64,000 nt of DNA from a virus: the IMG/VR virus record IMGVR_UViG_3300022752_000043. One strand, written 5' to 3'. The translations under genes were made by a program, and so were the position numbers. The notes beneath the pieces are model-generated. The model saw only the letters and a list, made by a program, of their open reading frames with translations. It ran no database searches and was not told the origin of the DNA. Shown piece after piece: positions 8,622-17,313 of this stretch; within the stretch, counting starts at the first letter, position 1; each line of letters starts with the position of its first letter.

Positions 8622-9530
8622 ATGAAAAATCTTATCGATATATCATCTGAACTAATTGAAAAAGAAAAACAAGTACGTGCCCCAGAATCAATTTTGCCTG
8701 TGTCAATTTATGATATAAAAATAAGTTCAGCTGACGGTAAAAAAAACGATATTTTAGCTGGGCAAAAGGGTAAAGTTACTTTATTGTTTAATGTTGCCGC
8801 TGGATGCGGCAACATCCCCCAGCATGGAAATCTTGAAACACTAAACCAACTTTATAAAGATAATTCAGACTTTTCCATAATTGCTGTTGTGGTTGATGAC
8901 TTTACATGCCATGGATATCCAGAGTTTCAAAAGGGATTAAAAAATTATATAGAAGAAAACAATCTTTCATTAACTCCTGGAGAAGTCGCAAAAGACTATG
9001 CGGAAAAAAATTTTGGAACAACATTTGAATTTACAGAATTGACTAACGGAAGACATGATAAGCATAGATACGACAACGACTACGCACCTGGCTCTGTCAA
9101 AGAGCAGGATCAACACCCGCTTTGGGCGTATCTAACCGGCGCATACGCAGCCGATCTCCAGGATTCCGGAGTACCATTTCATAACGAAGAAGTACCGTGG
9201 TCTAATGCCCCTAAGGTAGATGTTGATAATAAAAATGTTTTTTATCCAATAACTGGAAACTTTACAAAATTTTTAATTGATAAAACCGGAACAAAAGTAA
9301 AGCGATACGCTAATGGTTTTATGCTCGGAGAAAGAAACATCTTTGGTGAAACATTTTCTTGGTATCCAGAAAAGTATACCGAAGATGGCAGAAGAGACCA
9401 CAACCCCATTATAGAAGATAGGGAAGATTTCCCAAACGGTGGCCCTTATCCCACACCACTTCAGCGTCTTGGTATAGATGTTTCAATAGACATTTTAAGA
9501 AGGGATATAGAAGAGTATCTTTCGGAATAA
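8622..9530 (+). CDS. Glutathione-peroxidase-like (thioredoxin-fold) protein
   Basis: KGKVTLLFNVAAGCGNIPQHGNLETLNQLYKDNSDFSIIAVVVDDF resembles GPx NVASxCGxTPQyxxLExLyxxY. Confidence 0.7.
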   Translation: MKNLIDISSELIEKEKQVRAPESILPVSIYDIKISSADGKKNDILAGQKGKVTLLFNVAAGCGNIPQHGNLETLNQLYKDNSDFSIIAVVVDDFTCHGYPEFQKGLKNYIEENNLSLTPGEVAKDYAEKNFGTTFEFTELTNGRHDKHRYDNDYAPGSVKEQDQHPLWAYLTGAYAADLQDSGVPFHNEEVPWSNAPKVDVDNKNVFYPITGNFTKFLIDKTGTKVKRYANGFMLGERNIFGETFSWYPEKYTEDGRRDHNPIIEDREDFPNGGPYPTPLQRLGIDVSIDILRRDIEEYLSE

Positions 9531-9539
9531 GGAAATAAT

Positions 9540-10613
9540 ATGTCGATAACATCAAATGACAACCGCTATGCTGCCTCCTTCCCAGAAATAAATGATGAAA
9601 CTATTGAAGAAATATCTAAATTAAATGTTAGAAATCTGGGAGGTGGCGTAATTGTTTTTGAAAACGCCCTTAATATAACTAAAGAATCTTTAAAAAAAAT
9701 ATCTAAATGGATAGACAAAAACGCCCAAGAAGCGCATGAACAAAGGTGGACATATCACACAGATGAAGCTGGAAATAAATACGCACTGAATGAAGATCAT
9801 AATAAGTTTTCACTCGAACAACTAAAAGAAGTTCCAGTGCGCGTGCTGCAGCCGGTTACGGATAAGACTGAACCAGACATGGTTGACCTATTTAAATACT
9901 GGGAAGATCAGATATATAAATGTGTTATAAAATATATAGATCACTTTCCTATGGTTCTTCCGACTCTTTGGTGGAGAAGCAGGGGGCATATAATTAGATA
10001 TGACAAAGGAATGTATCTAGGTATACATAATGACAATGATTCCAACTATCGAGCAACTGAGGGAAAAAGATATATCCCCAAAGGCCAAATGCAGATCAGG
10101 CAGGTTGTGGCTGTTTCTGCGTACATGAATGATTGCGTTAGCCACGATTCACAGTTGGATGGAACCAACTATACAGGAGGAGAATTGTTTTTCCCCTATC
10201 TTGATATAGAGTACGCCCCAAAAATGGGGGATGTAGTAATTTTTCCATGCAACTTTTATGCATCTCATGGGGTAAAAACAGTAAAGTCAGGAATTAGATA
10301 TGGCTATTTGGAATTCATGAGCCAAGGAAGTCCACACGAAGAAGTTATGGTCTTTTTAAGGGAATGGGATGAACTTACAGATTGGTGCTATCCACATTGG
10401 ATGGACAACGTATTCGATGACTATAAAAAATATTGCTTATATTCCGAGTATCAAAAAGATCAAAAAATCTTAAGCGCAAAACCTAATCCGTTATTCCAGA
10501 ATAGAACCCTAGAAGGTGACGAAGGTTTGAAAAGAGCATACGATCACAGGAAAGTCGTTGCGGACAACAGCCTTAGGGGTAAGATATCATTGTCCGAAGC
10601 AGACAGAATATAA
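9540..10613 (+). CDS. 2OG-Fe(II) oxygenase
   Basis: YLGIHNDND ... NYTGGELFFPYLDIEYAPKMGDVVIFPCNFYASHGVKTVKSGIRYGYLEF. Confidence 0.75.
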   Translation: MSITSNDNRYAASFPEINDETIEEISKLNVRNLGGGVIVFENALNITKESLKKISKWIDKNAQEAHEQRWTYHTDEAGNKYALNEDHNKFSLEQLKEVPVRVLQPVTDKTEPDMVDLFKYWEDQIYKCVIKYIDHFPMVLPTLWWRSRGHIIRYDKGMYLGIHNDNDSNYRATEGKRYIPKGQMQIRQVVAVSAYMNDCVSHDSQLDGTNYTGGELFFPYLDIEYAPKMGDVVIFPCNFYASHGVKTVKSGIRYGYLEFMSQGSPHEEVMVFLREWDELTDWCYPHWMDNVFDDYKKYCLYSEYQKDQKILSAKPNPLFQNRTLEGDEGLKRAYDHRKVVADNSLRGKISLSEADRI

Positions 10614-10616
10614 TGT

Positions 10617-11384
10617 ATGAATGAAAGAGATTTTTTTTTCGAAGAAGGCTATATCATTGTACAAAATCTTATACCCGATGATGTAATAGACCAATATAAA
10701 AAATACTGGTTAAACAATCACGCTCCCGAATACAACGGAACAGTTGAGTCAATGAAAAACAAAATGGGTTGGAAAGAATCCAATCCATTTATGTCACACA
10801 AAGAAATATTAAACGTAATGTGTCATGAAAATATATACGAACTATTTGAAAAAGTTGGTTTGAAAAAAATGGCCTTACATCTCTCGTTTACATCATGGTA
10901 TTCAACTGAAAAAACCTGGCATCACGATTACGTGGACGAAGATTCTGTGTCTGCAGGAAATTATGTTGGGTTGTGGGTGGCGCTGGACGAAATCCATCCA
11001 GAATCGGGTCCATTTGCGTTTGTGCCAAAGTCAAATCATTGGAGCTTTGATTTTTCAATCTATAAAAAACTTAATCCACAAGAAATTATTTCATATTTTG
11101 ATAAAATTTTTAAAATAAATGACGCTAAACCAGAAGCTTTTATTGCAAAAAAGGGCGATATCATTTTGTGGCAAGGGCACACCGTACATAGGGGATTAAA
11201 TCCAATAAACAAAAACATACCTCGCAAATCTTTAATTGGTCATTATGTTTCTGGAAAAAAAGGCAGGGGATCTGATCAAATAGAAATGTTTAGACCATAT
11301 TTAAGTGGATTTTATATCAATCATAAGAATCAAGTTGATGATTTATACAACAACCAACCAAAACAAAATTCTTCTAATGAATAA
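10617..11384 (+). CDS. Phytanoyl-CoA dioxygenase (PhyH) family protein
   Basis: FFEEGYIIVQNLIPDDVI ... WHHDYVDEDS ... GPFAFVPKSNHW ... ILWQGHTVHRG. Confidence 0.75.
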   Translation: MNERDFFFEEGYIIVQNLIPDDVIDQYKKYWLNNHAPEYNGTVESMKNKMGWKESNPFMSHKEILNVMCHENIYELFEKVGLKKMALHLSFTSWYSTEKTWHHDYVDEDSVSAGNYVGLWVALDEIHPESGPFAFVPKSNHWSFDFSIYKKLNPQEIISYFDKIFKINDAKPEAFIAKKGDIILWQGHTVHRGLNPINKNIPRKSLIGHYVSGKKGRGSDQIEMFRPYLSGFYINHKNQVDDLYNNQPKQNSSNE

Positions 11385-12018
11385 AAAAGATTTTTACAGC
11401 GAGAATGGATATCTCATAGTTGAATCTTTGATTCCAGAAGATCTAATAGAAGAATACAAAAAATACTGGATTGAGCATCACGCTCCAAACTTTGATGGAA
11501 CAATAATTTCCATAGAAAATATATCTGGTTGGCAGGCGACGAATCATTTTTTGTATGACGAAAAAATATTTGGAGTTCTTTGGCATGGACGTATCCAAAA
11601 ACTGTTTAATGAGCTTGACTTAAGTAATATAAAACTCCACATGTCATTAACCTCCTGGGCCACCATTTTGGAGTACTGGCATCAGGACGTGCAAGCAGGC
11701 GATAGGCAAGCGGGAAATCATTACGCTGGATTATGGATTGCCTTAGATGATGTTGATCCAAAGTCTGGACCATTTACAGTCATTCCAAAATCTCATAGAT
11801 GGATGATGGACTTTTCAATTTATAACGAAAGACCATTATCTCAAAAAAAAATTTCAGATTATTTATCAGAAATTATCAAAGATAATAAACAAGAACCGAT
11901 ACAATTCATTGCCAAAAAGGGACAGGCTCTTTTGTGGCATGGACATACCATTCATCGTGCAACGCCGCCAGAAGATAGATCAGTTTTTAGAAAATCTATT
12001 ATAGGTCATTATAGATGA
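11377..12018 (+). CDS. PhyH family dioxygenase, tandem paralogue of preceding gene
   Basis: FYSENGYLIVESLIPEDLI ... YWHQDVQAGD ... GPFTVIPKSHRW ... LLWHGHTIHRA. Confidence 0.75.
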   Translation: MNKKDFYSENGYLIVESLIPEDLIEEYKKYWIEHHAPNFDGTIISIENISGWQATNHFLYDEKIFGVLWHGRIQKLFNELDLSNIKLHMSLTSWATILEYWHQDVQAGDRQAGNHYAGLWIALDDVDPKSGPFTVIPKSHRWMMDFSIYNERPLSQKKISDYLSEIIKDNKQEPIQFIAKKGQALLWHGHTIHRATPPEDRSVFRKSIIGHYR

Positions 12019-12143
12019 TTATTTAGAAATGCTTTTTTTTGAATTTAAAACAAATTCTAATTTAGAATATAACTCTAATCAAGAACAACTTATTAATATT
12101 TTTAAATATAGAAATAATATATACAAAAATCAAAATATGTGAT

Positions 12144-12398
12144 TTACCATTTACCTATTGGGCATTGAACATGTTTGAGTGTTGTTTTAAGTTTCATGAA
12201 ACAACCGCATTTTTTGCACTGACTAGTGACTTTAATAAGGTGTTCGCAAGACAAGCACATATCCATTCTCTGTTTGCTTAATTCTTCTGATGCCCTGTTT
12301 TCTTTGTCAAATACACCTAAGGGACTGTTTTTTGTTTTTTGTTTAATCTTTTTCCAATGAGACATTCTGCCCTTTTCAAATAAGAAATATAATATCAA
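12144..12398 (-). CDS. Small Cys-rich putative zinc protein
   Basis: CLSCEHLIKVTSQCKKCGCFMKLKTTLKHVQCPIGKW. Confidence 0.55.
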   Translation of the reverse strand: MILYFLFEKGRMSHWKKIKQKTKNSPLGVFDKENRASEELSKQRMDMCLSCEHLIKVTSQCKKCGCFMKLKTTLKHVQCPIGKW

Positions 12399-12547
12399 TT
12401 AATTATAGTATATATGATAAAATAAAAACTATCAATATACATAGGGGCCTTTTCTTTTAAGAAAAGTTTTTATAATAATTTTTATTCTATGAATATTTTG
12501 TATGAATTTTTTTATTGAATGTCTTATTTTATTTTTAAAATAAATTT

Positions 12548-13570
12548 TCATGAACTATACTCCTTTTCAATACCAAGACTTTGAACCAAATTTTGCGCCC
12601 AATGCCAATGCCAATGAGCTCCGTAATGAGTGGAATAAGCGATGTTCGACATAGTAGTTTGGGGGGCAATTTTATAAAATTCTTTTTTTGTTAATTCTTT
12701 ATCCATCAACCAGCGAGGCACTTTGAATCTATCATAGGCGAAATGAAAAAAATCTTCGGTGTCATTTCTTAGCTCTTTACAGCATGCGGGAGTGTTGCGT
12801 GGATTTGAGCATTTAATCTGCCAGGTTTCTTTATTAAAAGACCACTCTGATATTTGAGGAAAAATCCAATTTTCAACTGGGTTATTTCTATATCCTGGGA
12901 CAGTAGAAGACTTCAGATCAACATAGTTTTTAAAACTATTTTCAGAAATTCCAGGAAGCGCATTTTTTTCATCATCTAAAAAAAACTGATCTGGATTAAC
13001 CCAAAACTGCCAACGTAGTTTTATTCCATTAGATGCGCAAAGAGCCTCTAAAAAATTTATTGCTGTTAACGCAAGCCATGAGGCGTATCCTTCGTTCTGC
13101 GAAACGTCATGTGGCCCTGAGAGTTTTATCAAAGAATTGCCATCGACAATTTTTCCATCTTTTAAAGCATATTCATATCTAACGTAATCTGGAAAAGTCG
13201 CTAGAACTAATTTTGGGGAACCGTATTTATTGATGTAATTTGCCAACAATCTAACTTGATTAAAAATACTACAACCCGGAGTGCTTAAATTTATATAATC
13301 TTCTGTACCGAGGAGTTTTGCAGCTTGTGCTGGCCAAGTATATTCAATTGGAATCCCAACGCCAAATCCATGGGAGCATCCGATTGTTATCAGGTTAGTG
13401 TCATTATGAAAATCATTTGATCTAAAATTATAAACATTTCTACTATAGCTATACAGCCACGGTACATTGTATTCTGTGTTTCTATTCTGCAGAAGTTTTG
13501 AATCGGGATCATTGCGCGATGAAAAGTGCCTAAGGAAGTTAATATTGTGTCCATACAAATTATATTTCAT
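12548..13570 (-). CDS. SGNH/GDSL-hydrolase-like protein
   Basis: ITIGCSHGFGVGIPIEYTWPAQAAKLLG resembles SGNH block I. Confidence 0.5.
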   Translation of the reverse strand: MKYNLYGHNINFLRHFSSRNDPDSKLLQNRNTEYNVPWLYSYSRNVYNFRSNDFHNDTNLITIGCSHGFGVGIPIEYTWPAQAAKLLGTEDYINLSTPGCSIFNQVRLLANYINKYGSPKLVLATFPDYVRYEYALKDGKIVDGNSLIKLSGPHDVSQNEGYASWLALTAINFLEALCASNGIKLRWQFWVNPDQFFLDDEKNALPGISENSFKNYVDLKSSTVPGYRNNPVENWIFPQISEWSFNKETWQIKCSNPRNTPACCKELRNDTEDFFHFAYDRFKVPRWLMDKELTKKEFYKIAPQTTMSNIAYSTHYGAHWHWHWAQNLVQSLGIEKEYSS

Positions 13571-13578
13571 CAGTCAAC

Positions 13579-15005
13579 CTACTTTATAATTTTATTATTT
13601 TTATGTTTTTGATTCCAATATACTATATCATGTTCATCATTTAAAAGTGGCTGTCCTTTTATATTAAGGCTAGTATTAAGAAGTATTGGCACACCAGATA
13701 TATAATACCACTCCCTTAATAAAGAATGCAGCCCAGCATGCTGGGTCTCATTAACTGTCTGGACTCTTGATGTTCCATCTTCATGAACAACTCCTGGAAT
13801 ATCATCCGGTTTTTTACACCTAACAGCATATTGCATGTATGGACTAGACTGCATTGGCATATCGAACCATTCGTGGGCTTTTTCTTCCAGAACTACAGGA
13901 GCAAAGGGTCTAAACATTTCTCTCTGCTTTAATTCATTAACTTTGTCTTTAATATTTTTATTTCTTGGATCTGCTAGTATACTTCTATTACCCAAAGCCC
14001 TTGGGCCATATTCTGCCCTGCCAGAAGCCACCGGTGCTACTTCTTTTTTAAGAAGTCTATCAATTATATTATCAATAGGGTACTTGCAACCCAAATCATA
14101 ACCCAGATATGGGTTTTTCCAGTTTATATGTTTACCGTAAAGAGCAGCTGCTGCCCCCAAAGATGATCCAGCGTCTCCGGGGTTGGGCATTATCCAAATA
14201 TCTTCAAATAAATCCCATAGTTTTGTGTTAGCAGAACAATTTAGGGCACAACCCCCCATAAAAACCAAGTTATTTTTTCCAGTTATTTTTTTTGCATAGT
14301 TCATAAATTCAATTAATCTTTGCTCGTAAATAAATTGAACAGCGGCCGCAATATCAAATCGATCTTGCTCACTAATGCTCAATGGCCAATCGTTTATTCC
14401 TTTATGAAAATTATATTTTTGTTTTTCAATTGATGGAAAATAATTTTCAACTAGGGTTTTGTATCTATTTATGTTTCCATATGCGGCCATGCCCATAAGA
14501 ATGTATTCTTCTTCGTTTGGTTTTAGCCCGACAAGGTGCGTAAAAGCTGAATAATATAAACCAAAACTAAAAGGATAATTTATTTTTTCTACACAACTTA
14601 TTTTTTCTTCAGAACCAATCCAGATAGATGAGGTATTCCATTCCCCAATTGCATCCAGAACAACTATGACAGCGTCTTTAAAGGGACTTGTGTAATACCC
14701 GGCAGCTGCGTGAGAGTAGTGATGTGTGAAGTACGTAGTTGAAAGCTTGGGTAAGTTTTTGGGCTTCCAATCCGAACTATTGCCTGTAAGCAATAATCTG
14801 CTTTTTTTTAAAAAAGGCTTTTCATAATATGCTACTTCGGAAATCTTCCCGTAGCTTCATACCGTATTCAAGAATGGATTGATTATTGTACCAATCATTT
14901 TTTATTTTACTAAATCTTTCTGCGTGGGCAGCAAAAACAATATTATCATTGTCGATGATCGCAATTGAAGCGTCATGAGATGTTTCATTAATTCCGTATA
15001 ATCAT
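13579..15005 (-). CDS. Carbamoyltransferase (NodU/CmcH/TobZ family), requires CGGA (14996-14993) and CGGG (14851-14848)
   Basis: Track ORF lacks N-terminus; four-base reading gives MII[G]INETSHDASIAIIDNDNIVFAAHAERFSKIKNDW...EYGMKL[G]KISEVAYYEKPFLKKSRLLLTG...THHYSHAAAGYY...GRAEYGPRALGNRSILADPR. Confidence 0.9.
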
Positions 15006-15104
15006 ATTAAAACAAATACGATTATACCATACTTTTTTTTTAAAATTACACAGACCCCCCGGTGCTATTACTATTATATTATAAAACTAAGAAAGAGATT
15101 AACA

Positions 15105-15362
15105 ATGGAACAATTGAAAAATATTCTTTTAAGAATAATTGCCACCTTTGCGGCATCGGGGTTGGGCGTGATTGGAGCAGGAACAATCGCCGGAGTTCCG
15201 ATTTGGAAAGCCGTATTTATGGCTGGCATTGCTGGTGTTGCTACTGTAGTGGAAGGTTTGTCTAGAGCCTTTTTGGACGATGGTAAACTTAGTGCTAAAG
15301 AAATAAATGATGTCTTTAATAAAGTTGACAAAAAGGCGAAGAAAGCACAAGATGCCGAATGA
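15105..15362 (+). CDS. Holin-like small membrane protein
   Basis: Hydrophobic IIATFAASGLGVIGAGTIAGVPIWKAVFMAGIAGVATVVEGL. Confidence 0.5.
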   Translation: MEQLKNILLRIIATFAASGLGVIGAGTIAGVPIWKAVFMAGIAGVATVVEGLSRAFLDDGKLSAKEINDVFNKVDKKAKKAQDAE

Positions 15363-15571
15363 AAAAGATATTAATAGCAGCGGTGGCTATTTTGGTTTTG
15401 TCTGGCTGTGGATACGAAGGACACTATCGTTACGAATGTCAAGATCCAGAAAATTGGAACAATGACGAATGCCATCCACCTGTATGCCTAGTAGATGGAA
15501 TGTGTACCGAAACGCTCTTGGGCTTCGATCCAAGAGAGCAGCAAGAACTACCACAGGAGGATCAACCATGA
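15359..15571 (+). CDS. Small lipoprotein
   Basis: MKKILIAAVAILVLSGCG lipobox. Confidence 0.6.
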   Translation: MKKILIAAVAILVLSGCGYEGHYRYECQDPENWNNDECHPPVCLVDGMCTETLLGFDPREQQELPQEDQP

Positions 15572-15856
15572 AAAAGAGATTGACACCAGAAGAACTAGAT
15601 GCTCGTCTTAAGTTTGTAGTTGGTTGCGTTCTTGCAGCGGTTTTGACAATAACTACTTGTCGGAGTTTTGTACGCCCTTGTATTTGTCACTCAGCCGATA
15701 GGTGCACAGGCTGAAAATGACAAAATGTTTTTTGGTGTTCTTTCAAGCGTTGCAACATTCATTACCGGAACATTGGCTGGGTTGATGATATCAACTGGTC
15801 GTAATAAAAATGATGAAATAATAGAACAAGATTCCGGCGATGATACACAAGCTTAG
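15568..15856 (+). CDS. Two-TM holin-like protein, 95 aa, requires CGGA at 15661-15664
   Basis: MKKRLTPEELDARLKFVVGCVLAAVLTITTC[G]VLYALVFVTQPIGAQAENDKMFFGVLSSVATFITGTLAGLMISTG. Confidence 0.85.
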
Positions 15857-16602
15857 CTTTTTGGATAAAAGTCTTTTATTTGCAAAGATAAGCGCCATCG
15901 CTTACAAAAAACCGGCAGATGCCAAAGGGCTGTACGCAGAAATGCGGATTTAGTTGCGAGTATTTTGACTGCAAAGGCGCAGAAGCTTATCTTCTGGAAA
16001 ATAAATATGAAATCATACTTGCATGCAGGGGTACTGAACCCGGAGAAATGCAAGATATTATCCATGATATAAAGGTTAAATTGGTTCCAAGCAGTTCCCA
16101 AATTGGAAAAGTCCACATGGGTTTTAAAGAAGCCCTAGATAAGATATGGCCAAACGTGGTAGAGAAAATAAAAAAATCTAGAGGAGTGAAAAAGGTATAC
16201 TTTACTGGTCACAGTCTTGGCGCAGCAATGGCCACATTAGCTGCAGTGAGAACATCTAGATTATCTTTTTTTCCGAAAGTAGAAGGTTTATATACATTTG
16301 GAAGTCCTAAAGTTGGTAATTCCAAATACATTAGATTTATGAATGAGCTAAGTATACCTCACGTTAGATGGGTAAATAATATTGATATAGTCACAAGAGT
16401 TCCATTGTGGCCCTACAAGCATCATTCAAAGGCATACTACATGAATCACGATGGTGTTATAAAAAATCTTAATATACTACAAATATTTATCGATAGGATC
16501 AAAGGCGCAATTACGGGATTGCAGCGCGGAAAAATAAACTATTTTGTTAACCATGGATCAGAAAAGTATATAAACAATATACAAAAAAATATTATTAATT
16601 AA
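15840..16602 (+). CDS. Lipase (class 3)/alpha-beta hydrolase, requires CGGA at 15945-15948
   Basis: MIHKLSFLDKSLLFAKISAIAYKKPADAKGLYAEM[G]FSCEYFDCKGAEAYLLENKYEIILACRGTEP...YFTGHSLGAAMATLAA. Confidence 0.85.
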
Positions 16603-16618
16603 TTAATAAACTAAAATA

Positions 16619-17140
16619 CTAAAAATAATTAAAATTAAGGACTATTCTGTACTTTGCATTTGTGTGAGTCGAGCCTGCGTGGCGCATTGTTGAAGGAAAA
16701 ATGACAATTCGATTAGCGATGCTTTCAACCTTTGTGCCATCTTCAAAAAAAGTATAGCCGTCATTTGTGTTAACATAATAAATAGCGGTCTTTAATGCCT
16801 GCATGACATCGAGTTTATTTATCATAGAAGAATATGAAACGTCTAAATGCATTTCTGCTTCTTCAATAATATGGGTCGGTGATCTAAGGTTTGCTTTTGC
16901 CCTCATTAATACATCACAATTCAAATTGTGAAGTATTGGAGATAATACGGAAAAGTATTGACTTGTCATATTTGGATTTTTATAAAAAATATGACTAAAC
17001 TGAAAATCGTTTACAGAATTATTGGGTTTATCTGAATAAGAAACCGTATCATTAAAGTGCCAATCAAACTGTGGACTAGTTAAAATATCTAGTATCTGGA
17101 AATATTCATCTTTTTTTAAAAAATTATCTATTATTTTCAC
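16619..17140 (-). CDS. 2OG-Fe(II) oxygenase-like protein
   Basis: EMHLDVSYS ... TAIYYVNTNDGYTFFEDG ... MRHAGSTHTNAKYRIVLNFNY. Confidence 0.6.
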   Translation of the reverse strand: MKIIDNFLKKDEYFQILDILTSPQFDWHFNDTVSYSDKPNNSVNDFQFSHIFYKNPNMTSQYFSVLSPILHNLNCDVLMRAKANLRSPTHIIEEAEMHLDVSYSSMINKLDVMQALKTAIYYVNTNDGYTFFEDGTKVESIANRIVIFPSTMRHAGSTHTNAKYRIVLNFNYF

Positions 17141-17151
17141 AGTACTTAATT

Positions 17152-17310
17152 TTATCGCATTAAATTATAAATGTCAAGTAGCATGTTTTCTATTTCAATA
17201 TAAGAAAATAGATCTCGTTGTTGCTTGTTTAATTCAGATAAAAATTGTTCCAAAGAAGACTTTACCTCTTCTACTCTCGGATCGACTTTTCCTGAAAGTA
17301 TTCGGCTCAT
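17152..17310 (-). CDS. Small hypothetical protein MSRILSGKVDPRVEEVKSSLEQFLSELNKQQRDLFSYIEIENMLLDIYNLMR
   Basis: Read directly; not in ORF track because short. Confidence 0.45.
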   Translation of the reverse strand: MSRILSGKVDPRVEEVKSSLEQFLSELNKQQRDLFSYIEIENMLLDIYNLMR

Positions 17311-17313
17311 ATT

